A stretch of 62,303 bases of DNA, counting the filler. It is 7 parts of 7 records of this genome, joined end to end, with 100 filler letters (N's around TTAATTAATTAA, not from the genome) between each part and the next. Parts side by side here need not be neighbours in the genome. Positions count along the whole stretch, not along the records: positions 30,738 to 47,879 come from SRR31156797_62620; positions 47,980 to 54,501 come from SRR31156797_62638; 5 more parts are not named here. One strand, 5' to 3'. Each line of letters starts with the position of its first letter. Positions within the stretch are counted from its first letter, which is position 1. Both the position numbers and the translations under genes were made by a program. The notes under the pieces are model-generated. The model was not told the DNA's origin. It was given only the letters and a program-made list of their open reading frames with translations, and made no database searches. Positions 39,404 through 49,611 of this stretch are shown one piece after another.

Positions 39404-41134
39404 TCACTCCTCTCCGGGCAGGTAGACGTAAAAGATGCTCCCCCCCCTGGAATTATCCCCCACCCAAACCTTTCCATTATGCAGTTCCATCACTCTTTTG
39501 ACAATGGCAAGGCCCAACCCGACCCCCTTTACCCCGAGTTTTTCCCTACGGCTGAACCTGTCAAACAATCCCTCCTTGTATTCATCGGGTATTCCCGGAC
39601 CGTAGTCCGTGATCCGGATGATGTGGGAACTATGTTCCTTTTCAGCCTCCACAACAACCCGTTTGCCCTCGGATGCATACTTGACCGCATTGGTCAAAAT
39701 ATTGAAAAAAACCTGATGGATTATCGGATTGGCCTGTATTGTCAGGTCGTTTGCGATTCGGTTTTCAAGCTGCATTTCGACCGACTCAAACAGGGACTTG
39801 CACTTTTCATATTCCGTCTGGACGATCTGCGCCAAATTCAGGCCTTTTTTTTCCAGGGAGGCCTGGGTCCGGATATTAAAGAGGATATACGCATTTTCAA
39901 CAATTTCCTCTATCCGTCTCGAAGACTCATAGATCAATGCCATGGACGAATCCTCCGGATGTTTGGTTTGCCCGATAAAAGCGATGCCTTTGATCACCAC
40001 GGTTGGATTGAGAATGTCATGGGTCATAATGTCCATGAAAAGATTCTTCAGCTGGTTACTGACTTCAAGATCAGCTGAATATTGACTCAAGCTTTTCTCG
40101 ATTTTCGAAGATCGTTGAAGTGCGATTAAAGCACTGACGGTAATAATGAGAATGCTGATTCCCACCAGGATCGAGAGTTGCAGATAAACGGAGCGAATTT
40201 GCTCCCAGACCATTCCTTTGGGTGTCCAGAGTCCCAGGGACCAGACATTCTCCCCGATTTGAAACGTTGTATAGACAATCAGAAACGCTTCATCCGCAAT
40301 GGAAAACAATCCTTTTTCTTCCTTGAACTCATAATAGGTATGCCGCTCTTCTCCAACCTGCCCAAATCCCAACAGCCTTACCTTTTGTAACGCCACCGGC
40401 AGCAGGCCGGTATCATTGAGCAGGTTTTCACCGCACATGGATCCGTCTGACGACCAGAGGATATTATACTCTTCATCGATTAAAACCCCGTTTAACAGCC
40501 CGGTGGATTCAAGGGAGGACAGGAACGGTTGGGACAAAGTATCCAGGGTTATCAGGCAGACAACGGCCCCGGAGAATCCATTGGACAGAGCATCCCTCTC
40601 CGGCACCGATGGCATGGGCATTGCCACCAGTATTCTTTTATCGTCAGTATCCAGCCCCGTAAAATCGGTAAACCGAACGACAAAACCAGCATCGTACGCC
40701 TCGTCTTTCATGTTTTTGACATACGCCGTCCAGGACAAATCCATACCTTCCAGCATGGGGGAGACCACGGAATATTCCAGGCAGCCGTTCCCATCGACAA
40801 TCCAGATATCGGTTGCTCCCATATGTTGCAACCCATTGTAGGATTGTTGCATTGCCCTGCGGATTTGACCGACATCATGGGACCCGCTCCCAAGCCTTTT
40901 CCCCAGAGACCGGATCTCAATGGCAATGGTCTTGAAATAAAGCTCAATCTCCTGTATCGCCCCTCTGGTTCGGGTTCGTTGTCCCTGATGAAATTTTTCA
41001 AGGGTGATCTGTTCTGCGGTTTTATAAGACTGATATCCCAAAATCGTAACAGCCATCACCAGCAAAGCAGCTGTCAGGATGATAAAAATATAATTTGAGG
41101 GACTTACAAGACCTATCTTCCTGTTCATAACCAC
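39404..41134 (-). CDS. Sensor histidine kinase with a Cache-like periplasmic domain
   Basis: Two TM helices; THDILNP (H-box), NILTNAVKY, DYGPGI, GVGLGLAI. Confidence 0.93.
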   Translation of the reverse strand: MVMNRKIGLVSPSNYIFIILTAALLVMAVTILGYQSYKTAEQITLEKFHQGQRTRTRGAIQEIELYFKTIAIEIRSLGKRLGSGSHDVGQIRRAMQQSYNGLQHMGATDIWIVDGNGCLEYSVVSPMLEGMDLSWTAYVKNMKDEAYDAGFVVRFTDFTGLDTDDKRILVAMPMPSVPERDALSNGFSGAVVCLITLDTLSQPFLSSLESTGLLNGVLIDEEYNILWSSDGSMCGENLLNDTGLLPVALQKVRLLGFGQVGEERHTYYEFKEEKGLFSIADEAFLIVYTTFQIGENVWSLGLWTPKGMVWEQIRSVYLQLSILVGISILIITVSALIALQRSSKIEKSLSQYSADLEVSNQLKNLFMDIMTHDILNPTVVIKGIAFIGQTKHPEDSSMALIYESSRRIEEIVENAYILFNIRTQASLEKKGLNLAQIVQTEYEKCKSLFESVEMQLENRIANDLTIQANPIIHQVFFNILTNAVKYASEGKRVVVEAEKEHSSHIIRITDYGPGIPDEYKEGLFDRFSRREKLGVKGVGLGLAIVKRVMELHNGKVWVGDNSRGGSIFYVYLPGEE

Positions 41135-41591
41135 CTCTTAAGGTGCCATGCCGGCGTTCGGGCCGGAACGAAACCCGGCACATTTTTCAGGGTGCAGGAC
41201 GCACTGATTTTTTAACCGGAAGATATGGCGGAATGCTGAGGATTAAAAATTTAGACCAACGCAGTAAACAAAAATCAAAGCTCATCAACGATTTTCGTCG
41301 GGCAAAACGATGCAACAGTTAACCGATGATCATCATATCATGCATGGACGGTATAACCGCTTTTGAAAAATATACGTCCCATACAGAATGGAGAATACCA
41401 ATTGTATGATCCTTTTAATGATATATATATGGGTCATCGTTTCATTACAAGCTCTGAAAAGATTCCTTGACGAATTCCAATCCAGACAGCAGGGCTCTTT
41501 CCATGGCGGATCAAACGGATAAACAAGGCTGTGGCGGCATTTGAACCGGCCCGGGACCGGTACAAGCCGCCAATGAAAAAAGGCCCCCTTG

Positions 41592-42953
41592 TCATGAAAA
41601 ATCCTTGCGGATGGAGAAGAAGACCCGGTCGTTGTGTTCGAGCCTTTCAAACAGGGGGCTATCTCCGCCGTGGTAGAACACCCCACCGAGCTTGAGGGAC
41701 AGGGTGTCGGACCAGTCAACCTCGGTCTCCATGCGCTGGAACGATCCCAGGTCCCCGGTGTCCCCGAAAAAGCCCGCCACCAGGGTGAAATGAAGGGTGT
41801 CGTTCCGAAAATCCCTTGCCAGCCGAAGGGCGGACTCCAGCCGGTTTCTTTCCACCTTCTGTCCTCCCCGGGCAAGGTCCGGGTCAAAGGAGAAAAGGTG
41901 GCGGTTGACCACCTCCAGGGTGAGGGTGGTGTCGGTAACCCCGGTATAGTCCGCCCCCACGAGGATATCCAGGCCCGACACCTCCCGGTCCGGGTCTCCG
42001 GAGAACCTGAGGCCGTCCAGGTACGCCACCTCCGTCTTGACAAGGGTGTTGCCGAGGGCCTTGGTCAGGGTGGCCCCGGCCATGGTGATCTTTGGATACC
42101 GCCTCACCGGGTTACCGGAGCCATCCAGGGAGACATAGCTTGCATCGTCATGGACCCGGGCAAGATAGAGGCCGGCATCCCATCCGCTGAACCGCCCGGT
42201 GAGGGCGCCGGCGAACCGGGTGTTGCCAAGGCCGTACTCCGGTCCTTCCAGGGGCGGCAGGGAAGTGTCCGAGGGATAGAAGTCGCTGCCCTCCTCCGCA
42301 ATTTTGGTGCAGCGGTCCCCGTGGATCATCAAAAAGGTGAAATTCCAGGGCCCGGAGTAGAGATCGAATCGGGTCATGGCCTGGCCCAGGCGGATATCCT
42401 CGATGTCGGTCATGGCAAAGCGCCGCTGGTCCACGGGATTGACCACATCCACGACCCTGAAGGAGTCCGAGGTGCCCCAGGCGATGATCTGCTGCCCCAG
42501 CTTCAGGTCGAGCCAGGGGAAGAGACTTTTTTCCACCCAGAGCTCCTGGAGGGCGATCTCACCCTCCACATCGTCGCAATGGTCACTTTCCGGGTCATTG
42601 TTGATATGGCAGGCGAAATCGTGGGACGCAAGGGCGTTGGCGAAAAAGCGCCACCCACGGCCCGGGGCGGCGCTCACCTTGAGGTCCAGCTCGGCCTTGA
42701 ACTCGGCAAGACGATCCCGATCCTTCGGTTCCGTTCTGAACATGGATGAGAGGGTCAGGGAACCGTAAAGCTCCGCCAGGGCGTCCTCCCGGTCCAAAGT
42801 TTCCCCCACCTCCACCCCCTGGAGGGGTTCGGCCTGGTCAAACCCCTCCAGCATCTCGTCAAGATCCATGTCGCTTTCCCCTGCCGGCGCCTGGAAGGCC
42901 ACCAGCAACACAAGCAAAACAGCAATCAATGCAGACGGTTTCATGGTCATCAA
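41592..42953 (-). CDS. DUF1302-like outer-membrane protein
   Basis: Signal peptide, LKLGQQIIAWG..VVDVVNPVD, aromatic near C-terminus; usual partner of MMPL/LolA-like genes. Confidence 0.8.
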   Translation of the reverse strand: MMTMKPSALIAVLLVLLVAFQAPAGESDMDLDEMLEGFDQAEPLQGVEVGETLDREDALAELYGSLTLSSMFRTEPKDRDRLAEFKAELDLKVSAAPGRGWRFFANALASHDFACHINNDPESDHCDDVEGEIALQELWVEKSLFPWLDLKLGQQIIAWGTSDSFRVVDVVNPVDQRRFAMTDIEDIRLGQAMTRFDLYSGPWNFTFLMIHGDRCTKIAEEGSDFYPSDTSLPPLEGPEYGLGNTRFAGALTGRFSGWDAGLYLARVHDDASYVSLDGSGNPVRRYPKITMAGATLTKALGNTLVKTEVAYLDGLRFSGDPDREVSGLDILVGADYTGVTDTTLTLEVVNRHLFSFDPDLARGGQKVERNRLESALRLARDFRNDTLHFTLVAGFFGDTGDLGSFQRMETEVDWSDTLSLKLGGVFYHGGDSPLFERLEHNDRVFFSIRKDFS

Positions 42954-45900
42954 ATTCCCTTTTCCAGCTGTCTTGCCGTGAAGAAGTTCTTGGAAAGCCC
43001 CTGGTTGTAAACCACGTTGGCGTACTGAATCACCGTGCTGTGGAGGGTTTTCTTTCCCTTTTTCGTTGTCACCCGCATCTCCAGGGGGGTCCAGATCCCG
43101 TCGATCTGTTCAAGCCGGGTCGTGTCCAGGTATTTGAGCTTTTTCCCCTCCTTTACAAAATGGATGGCCCGGACCACCACATGGCAATCCTTGCGGACAA
43201 ACAGGATGGAGCGGGTATACCCGAAATCCCTGACCACCCGGGGCGAGCGGGGCATGGACTCGATGACCCAGCAGGGCGCTTCCCTCACCCGGGTCTCCTT
43301 CATGATGGAATAATCGTAGAGGGAGAGCTCCCGGTCCGTCATGTCCGCATAGGAGAGGTCCGACCCCATGAAACTCGAGGTCTTGTCGTCCGAGGCGATC
43401 CGCTTGGGCTTGTGCAGGGCAGGGAGATAGAGCCACTGGTCGTCATCGTTGGTATTGTCGATATCATAGGAGAGGAACCCCGTGTCCCGGACATCCACGG
43501 GAGAGAGAAAAAACATGATGGACCAGGTGTCGGGACCGTTGTCCATGGAGAAAGTCCTGAGGTGCCTGACCCGCTTTTTTTGGTTCTTATCCAGGAGGAT
43601 CATGGTCATCTCCGTCTGCATGTCATCCCCGTCATACCGCTGGTCCACCTTTTCCATGATGGCCCGGGCTTCGGGCTGGTCGGCGGCTTCGGCCCCGGGC
43701 GACGCCATGCCGATAAACACCAGGGCCCCAAGGAACAGGGTCTGTTTCACCCCGGCAGGCCTTACAAGGGGCTTGAAAGCGCGTCCCTGGAACAGCAGGG
43801 TCACCAGGGCCGGGGCCACAAAAAAATCCGCCATCAGGGCAAGGACGATGGCCGCGCCCGTGAGCAGGCCGAAATCGGTCAGATGGTTCATCTCGGAAAA
43901 AAGGTAGATGAAAAATCCCATGCCCAGCACCACGGTGGTCACCACCATGGGCCGTCCCGCGGAGAGCAGGGTTTTGGTGACCGCAACCCTCACATCACCG
44001 GACGCTTCGTAATATCGCCTGAAATTGTGCATGAAGTGAATGGTGTCATCCACGGCCAGCCCCATGGCGATGTTTCCCACCAGCATGATAAAAAGGCTCA
44101 CCGGCACCGCGCACCACCCGGCCACGCCCAGGATCAGCACGATGGGCAAGAGGTTCGGCACCATGCTGATGAGGCCGATCCGGACATTGCCCAGCAGCAG
44201 GATCATCAGGACCGTGATGGTGCCCAGGGCATAGAGGTAGCTTGCCTGCATGCTCTTGATGCCGGCGGCAATGACCCGGGAGTAGATCATGATCATGCCG
44301 GTGGTGGTGACGGACACACCGGGAAATTGCGCGTTAAGCTTGTCGTTGACCCGATCGATGTAGTTGCTGTAGGAGATGGCGTCGATGAACGGCAGCTTCA
44401 CGGACAGCCGGGCCCTGGAGAAAAGGGAGTCGGTGAAATCCTCGAGATCGTCGGACCCGGAGTTCTCGAACATGAACAGCTCCTGGGCCGTCAACGCCCG
44501 GGTTTCGGGCAGCATATAGGCGCGTTCATCATTGTTGTGCAGGGCCTTGTTGGTCTCCTTCAGGAGATCCACCATGGACCACACCTTGCCCGTTGCGACT
44601 GCCGGGGTGACGATGGCGTCGATTTCCGCGGCCGCCGCCTCCAGCCGTGCCATGAACGCCGGATCATAGAGCCCGTTCTCAACGCCCGTGTCGATGATCA
44701 CCTCCATGTTGACACTGCCCCCCAGGGTGGCGTCGATCCGCTCACTGTCCATGCGGATCACTTCCGAGTCAGGAAGCCATCTTAATACGTCGTGGCTGAA
44801 GTTGAGCCGGGGAATGCCCATGCAGGCAACCAGAAAGAGAAGGGCCGAAACGGTGAGGACGGTCAGGGGGTGACCGGTGGAAAACCTTGCCACGGCCGTC
44901 AGCACCGGGTCGAGCCCGTGCCCCTTTTTTTTCCTGCCCGGTTTGGGACGCCCGCCAAAGGAGAGGATCGGGGGCAGCAGCACAAAGGTGTAGGCCATGG
45001 CAAAGAAAACACCCGCCCCGGCAAAGAGGCCAAGCTCGGCAATGGGGGCCACCTCGGAGCTTGCAAAGGAGAAAAGGCCGGCAGCGGTGGTCAATGCCGT
45101 CATCACCACGGCAAGGCCGGAATGCCCCATGGCATGGGCCATGGCCGCCTCGGGTGCGGCCCCGCTGTCCAGGCGGTGATAGAAGAGCGCCAGGATATGG
45201 ACCGAATACCCCACCCCCACCGCCAGGATAAAGGAGGGAAGAATCTGGGTGGGCAGCTTGAAACTGACCCCGGTAAGCGCCATGAGGGACAACACCGAAA
45301 CCAGGGAAAGGGTGACCACGACAATGGGAGCGACCACACCCGCAACCCGCCGGAACATGATCACCAGGAAGACCATCACCCCCAGGTAGGCCAGTTTCAT
45401 GAACCGCCGGGTGTCGGCGGAAAGGGTCTCCTTTAAAAAGTGGTTCACGCAGGAGGTGCCGGAAAGGGAGATCGTAAACCCGGGGGATGCGTATTTTTCC
45501 ACGATATTTGTGACCTTAAGCACCGCCTCGCTGTTCTGGGCCACACTGAGCCAGACATCGCCCTCAAGGCTCTCCCCGGGGGCCTGGCCCTCCTCGCCAA
45601 AGCCCGCCATCACATCCGCGTCGTCCAGGGCGGGAGCGGCAAGCAGCTGGATCACGATGGTGGTCATGGTGCCGTCCCCGGAAATGATCAGATCTTCATA
45701 CAAGGGGTTGGCAAGCACCCGCTGCTTAAGCTTCGCCACCTCGAATTCCGTTGCCGGGAAGGGGTCACACAGGTCCCGGACAAGGAGTTCATCGTTTTCC
45801 CCAAAGGTGTTCCTTGCGTTGACAAGGCTTGTGATGTCGTCCACATAGGGAACATTGTCTTCAAGTTCCGTGTGGAGATCCCTCAATTTCTTAAGGAAGG

Positions 45901-46168
45901 GAAGGGAAAAGATCGCGTCGGACTTGATGCCGATGATGATGAGGTCGTCGTTGCCGAACTGGTGCTTGAAACGGTTGTAGGCCTTGAGGGAGGGGTCACT
46001 CTTGTGCAAAAAACCCTCGGTGGTCACATCCGCTGTCAGGTGACCGAGATTTGAGGCAAGGGCGATAAAGCCCAGCAAGACCACGACCAGGGTCTTGATC
46101 CTGTGTTTGAACAATACCCGTGCCAGCAATTCAAAAAATCGCTCAATGGCCTGTCCCAGGGATTTCAT
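42950..46168 (-). CDS. MMPL/RND-family transporter fused to a C-terminal LolA-like (outer membrane lipoprotein-sorting) domain
   Basis: Duplicated RND halves (GVGYSVH, GLAVDDTIHF); C-terminal DDQWLYLPAL..RIAS..SFMGSDLSYAD. Confidence 0.88.
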   Translation of the reverse strand: MKSLGQAIERFFELLARVLFKHRIKTLVVVLLGFIALASNLGHLTADVTTEGFLHKSDPSLKAYNRFKHQFGNDDLIIIGIKSDAIFSLPFLKKLRDLHTELEDNVPYVDDITSLVNARNTFGENDELLVRDLCDPFPATEFEVAKLKQRVLANPLYEDLIISGDGTMTTIVIQLLAAPALDDADVMAGFGEEGQAPGESLEGDVWLSVAQNSEAVLKVTNIVEKYASPGFTISLSGTSCVNHFLKETLSADTRRFMKLAYLGVMVFLVIMFRRVAGVVAPIVVVTLSLVSVLSLMALTGVSFKLPTQILPSFILAVGVGYSVHILALFYHRLDSGAAPEAAMAHAMGHSGLAVVMTALTTAAGLFSFASSEVAPIAELGLFAGAGVFFAMAYTFVLLPPILSFGGRPKPGRKKKGHGLDPVLTAVARFSTGHPLTVLTVSALLFLVACMGIPRLNFSHDVLRWLPDSEVIRMDSERIDATLGGSVNMEVIIDTGVENGLYDPAFMARLEAAAAEIDAIVTPAVATGKVWSMVDLLKETNKALHNNDERAYMLPETRALTAQELFMFENSGSDDLEDFTDSLFSRARLSVKLPFIDAISYSNYIDRVNDKLNAQFPGVSVTTTGMIMIYSRVIAAGIKSMQASYLYALGTITVLMILLLGNVRIGLISMVPNLLPIVLILGVAGWCAVPVSLFIMLVGNIAMGLAVDDTIHFMHNFRRYYEASGDVRVAVTKTLLSAGRPMVVTTVVLGMGFFIYLFSEMNHLTDFGLLTGAAIVLALMADFFVAPALVTLLFQGRAFKPLVRPAGVKQTLFLGALVFIGMASPGAEAADQPEARAIMEKVDQRYDGDDMQTEMTMILLDKNQKKRVRHLRTFSMDNGPDTWSIMFFLSPVDVRDTGFLSYDIDNTNDDDQWLYLPALHKPKRIASDDKTSSFMGSDLSYADMTDRELSLYDYSIMKETRVREAPCWVIESMPRSPRVVRDFGYTRSILFVRKDCHVVVRAIHFVKEGKKLKYLDTTRLEQIDGIWTPLEMRVTTKKGKKTLHSTVIQYANVVYNQGLSKNFFTARQLEKGI

Positions 46169-46207
46169 GAAAATTCTCCTTATAATGATGTTGGTTAAGG
46201 GGATAAA

Positions 46208-46222
46208 GTTTAGCTACTAAAC
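46208..46222. promoter_or_regulatory. Palindromic operator GTTTAG-N3-CTAAAC (probable MarR site) upstream of the MMPL gene
   Basis: GTTTAGCTACTAAAC; related copies at 46920, 46947 and 47520. Confidence 0.75.
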
Positions 46223-46336
46223 CTTTAGGGCAAAAAAAAGCGCACCTCTCCCTTGCCGGTCAGCTATCCCGTCAGACCGGTTGCATTGCATTGATTCATG
46301 GGGCGGGGGCGCGGGGGCGAGAATCCCGCCCAGGAC

Positions 46337-46891
46337 CTATTTTTCGAGAAGAACCGCGTGGCTCCGGCCGATCCTTGGGGTGTCAACCACCCGGTAACCG
46401 CAGGCCCGGGCCTGGTCCACCGTATCCTCGAACTGCTGCTTCGAGACATGGCCCGCAGGTTCGCACAGCAGTAACCGCCCGCCGGGCTTGAGGGCGCGGC
46501 AGGTTTCGTCAAACAGCCTGGCCGGATCCGGCACCTCGTGGGCTACGGCGGAGGCCAGGATAAAATCCACGACCTGGTCAAAATCCTCCAGGCCAAAGGC
46601 GCCATTGGCGCACAGCCGGTAGGCCATGGATGCGTTCACGCCTGCCTTGGTCGCCCGTTTTTTCAGGGAAAGCAGCATCTTTTCCTGGATATCCACACAC
46701 ACGACCCGGCCTTTGGGACCGACCATCCGTGCCATGGGGATGGAAAAGAAGCCCATGGCACACCCCACATCCGCCACGGTCATCCCGGGCTTCACATGGG
46801 AGGAAAGCATTTTCTGGGGATTCTGGATCAATTTTCTCAAGGGACTTGCAAGAAGGTAACCTACCCATACCGGGCATACGCGCTCTGCCAT
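46337..46891 (-). CDS. Class I SAM-dependent methyltransferase
   Basis: VADVGCAMGFF, VVCVDIQ, LKPGGRLLLCEP. Confidence 0.92.
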   Translation of the reverse strand: MAERVCPVWVGYLLASPLRKLIQNPQKMLSSHVKPGMTVADVGCAMGFFSIPMARMVGPKGRVVCVDIQEKMLLSLKKRATKAGVNASMAYRLCANGAFGLEDFDQVVDFILASAVAHEVPDPARLFDETCRALKPGGRLLLCEPAGHVSKQQFEDTVDQARACGYRVVDTPRIGRSHAVLLEK

Positions 46892-46919
46892 GGGGAACTC
46901 CTTTTTTGGATGGTATAAA

Positions 46920-46961
46920 GTTTAGCTCCTAAACATTGCAGACAAAGTATAGCACCTAAAC
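46920..46961. promoter_or_regulatory. Two probable MarR operators upstream of the methyltransferase
   Basis: GTTTAGCTCCTAAAC (46920-46934) and GTATAGCACCTAAAC (46947-46961). Confidence 0.75.
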
Positions 46962-47036
46962 CAACATGTCAACAAAAAAATGCAGCTTCGGAGAAACTTG
47001 AATCATCCTGGAATATCAATGGGGGGGAGAGAAGGG

Positions 47037-47510
47037 TCAGGAATCGCTGATCACCTTGTCGCAGAACCGTTCAATGGCCTTGAACACCTTTTCCATGAAC
47101 GCCATATTGGCATCGTCCGCCTGCTCGATGATCGCCATGAGTTCCGGGTCGATCTGTGAATGGAAATCCGCATGGGCCTGATAGGCCACCCGGCCGGTGT
47201 CCGAGAGCTTCAGGAGCACCTCCCGGTCGGACATCTCATCCTTCATCCGGATCACCATGCCCTTTTTCACGAGCTTCTGGAGGGTCTGGGAAACAGCTCC
47301 CTTGGTCACCCCCTGGAGGGCGGCAAGGGCAGTGACATTGATACCGGCATTCCTGCCAATGGCTTCAATGGTATGGATCTCTGAAGGATAGAGCAGGAAA
47401 TCCGTGCCAAAACGCCTCGGTTTCTGCTCTATCCGCTTCATCTTGTTCATGATCCTGTGAAACATGTCGTCAAACAGGGCCATGCGTTTGTGAGGGTCTC
47501 TGGTATACAT
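47037..47510 (-). CDS. MarR-family transcriptional regulator
   Basis: LYPSEIHTIEAIG..NVTALA..GVTKGAVSQ..KLVKKG..DREVLLKLSDTG. Confidence 0.92.
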   Translation of the reverse strand: MYTRDPHKRMALFDDMFHRIMNKMKRIEQKPRRFGTDFLLYPSEIHTIEAIGRNAGINVTALAALQGVTKGAVSQTLQKLVKKGMVIRMKDEMSDREVLLKLSDTGRVAYQAHADFHSQIDPELMAIIEQADDANMAFMEKVFKAIERFCDKVISDS

Positions 47511-47519
47511 GGGCTAATC

Positions 47520-47534
47520 GTATAGGAGCTAAAC
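47520..47534. promoter_or_regulatory. Probable autoregulatory MarR operator
   Basis: GTATAGGAGCTAAAC, 9 bp upstream of the MarR start codon. Confidence 0.7.
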
Positions 47535-47578
47535 TTGAATGTCAACCCCCACGCCCATCAGATCAGACAGGGAATGGG

Positions 47579-47879
47579 TTACGCTTCGAAGGGAACCACC
47601 ATCACCTTTTTAGCGTCCACTTTTCTCACCGTGAGATTATATCCCCGGACATCCAGCTCAATATCCCCTGTTTCCGGTGCAACGCCCTTGATCTCAAACA
47701 GACTGCCCGGGGTGATGCCAAGCTCTGTGAACCGTTTGCCCAGGACTGTTTTTTTACCATAACTGATCAGCCGCGCCTTTGTCCCTTCCGGCACCCCACT
47801 CAGGGGGGAGGGCTCCTGGTTGGCCGTGGTGCACTTGACTGAGAAATCCTTGATGTCTCCCATGCAACGCTCGGCACTT
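47579..47879 (-). CDS. FeoA-domain protein, 5'-truncated (possibly the C-terminus of a DtxR-FeoA regulator)
   Basis: KRFTELGITPG..VAPETGDIELDVRGYNLTVRK FeoA pattern; frame open to the contig edge. Confidence 0.75.
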
Positions 47880-48048
47880 NNNNNNNNNNNNNNNNNNNNN
47901 NNNNNNNNNNNNNNNNNNNNNNNTTAATTAATTAANNNNNNNNNNNNNNNNNNNNNNNNNNNNNNNNNNNNNNNNNNNNTACCGTCAGAAACATTGATTC
48001 GATAGATTGATTTCGCCCAAAAAGGCGGAGAATTAAAATCAATCACGA

Positions 48049-48954
48049 TTAGAATCCAAATTTACCATTTTGATTTTGCCATTTTGATTCAGGTGCGATC
48101 TCTTCGATTACATCCCAGTGCTCAGTAATTAAACCATTCTCTACTCTAAATAGATCATAGAATGATACATGTTTTCCTAAAAATTCTCCTTCTGATACAG
48201 CTAGTACGAAGTTTCCTTCTGCTAAAACTTTATGATTTTTAGTATATTTCATTGGTGGTAATCCTGCATCTGCCATAGCTTTCATAGCTGCTCCAAATCC
48301 TGCTAAACCATCTGCTACTGCCGGATTATGTTGATTATATTTTTCTGTTGAGATGAAATCCGTAATAGGTCTATCCGGATTTGCACCTAATAATGCATCA
48401 TTAATAAATTCTTTAACTAATTGTCTGTTTTCTTCTGTTTTTTCTAATTCAATTGCAACTGCAGGCCCGTCGATCATTGATCTACCAGATGCTGTTTCTG
48501 ATGCAGGTACTAATTCCTGTAGGTTATCCCAGTGTTCTACAATTTTACCGTTTTCCATTCTAAATATATCAAATCCAATTTTTGGCCCGAAGAAGTCATA
48601 TTTAGTATGTGCAAATACAAATTCACCATCTTGGAATACTCTTACTACATCTGCTTTTCCGCCACCGTTTTCATTAAGGATTTTCATAACTGCTCCAAAT
48701 CCTGCCAATCCATCTGCAACACCCAGATTATGCTGAATATATTTTTCAGGATTAAAGTAAGCCATCGTATCTAACTTTCCATTTTCAATTGAAGATAAAA
48801 CTGTTGCTACTTTAACTTTATCAGATACTTCCTCTACCACTACTTCCTGTTTCATTTCTGCTTTTGCTTCCATTTTAGCTTCTTTTTTAGTTTCAGCTGT
48901 CCCACATGCAACTAATGCTCCTAAAGTAAAGATTGCTAATAATAATTTCTTCAT
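48049..48954 (-). CDS. Lipoprotein with tandem SnoaL/NTF2-like domains
   Basis: Lipobox LVAC; two repeats of YxQHN..VADGLAGF and DxFRxENGxIxEHWD. Confidence 0.9.
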   Translation of the reverse strand: MKKLLLAIFTLGALVACGTAETKKEAKMEAKAEMKQEVVVEEVSDKVKVATVLSSIENGKLDTMAYFNPEKYIQHNLGVADGLAGFGAVMKILNENGGGKADVVRVFQDGEFVFAHTKYDFFGPKIGFDIFRMENGKIVEHWDNLQELVPASETASGRSMIDGPAVAIELEKTEENRQLVKEFINDALLGANPDRPITDFISTEKYNQHNPAVADGLAGFGAAMKAMADAGLPPMKYTKNHKVLAEGNFVLAVSEGEFLGKHVSFYDLFRVENGLITEHWDVIEEIAPESKWQNQNGKFGF

Positions 48955-49611
48955 TCTTAAACCTCCCAGTTTCTTAAATAATAATTTATATATCTTACCC
49001 GATTACCTTAACTTGCTTTGATTATAGCAAGTTAGTGCATATTAATTAATGTAATAATGAATCTAAAAACTGTAAAAACGAAACCTACTTTTTCTTCAAA
49101 AGCTCTACAGCGCTTGTAAACACTACAGCGAATATAGTTCACCGGTGAAATATTTTTTGTATATTTTTATTAAAATTTAACGATATTTGATTTTTTTAGT
49201 ACTCCAAAACTGTACATATAAGAACTAAGTTAAAATCAATTCATATTCCGATTTCTTTTAAGACACTATTTATTAGTTCTTATTTATTATCAAGTTTCGT
49301 AATGATTACTAGTATTTTGTTCATTTTTTTACTATTAATTTCGTAACAATATTAAAATTTTATATAGAAGCATATACAATTTATATAATCCAAGATTCGT
49401 ATAACATCTTCAAGTCGAGTCCTGATTTTGTCAATCATTTCAGAAAACAAACAAGCTGTTTCAACATTTTAGTTTCAGTTATCTTTTATATTTTTTGTCG
49501 CAACTCAAGACTTGCATTCTTTGGTATATTGACTTTTATTTTAAAACAGTGTATCATTTCAAGCATATAATCAAATGTGTTTTTACAGATCACATTACTT
49601 AGAGGTGAGGT

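Noticed and set aside
38997-39407. 136-aa ORF starting at the kinase stop codon
   Set aside because: Overlaps the better-supported 38847..39191 on the opposite strand and has no motifs
42746-44785. 679-aa plus-strand ORF and other long antisense ORFs (41634..42749, 36354..37166, 33958..34746, 39395..40078, 26528..27151)
   Set aside because: Shadow frames opposite well-supported genes in GC-rich DNA, with no recognisable motifs
48005-48044. Hairpin GATTGATTT-CGCC..GGCG..AAATCAATC at the contig edge as an attC- or REP-like element
   Set aside because: Single copy, truncated context, no attC core sites; could simply be a terminator for 48049..48954
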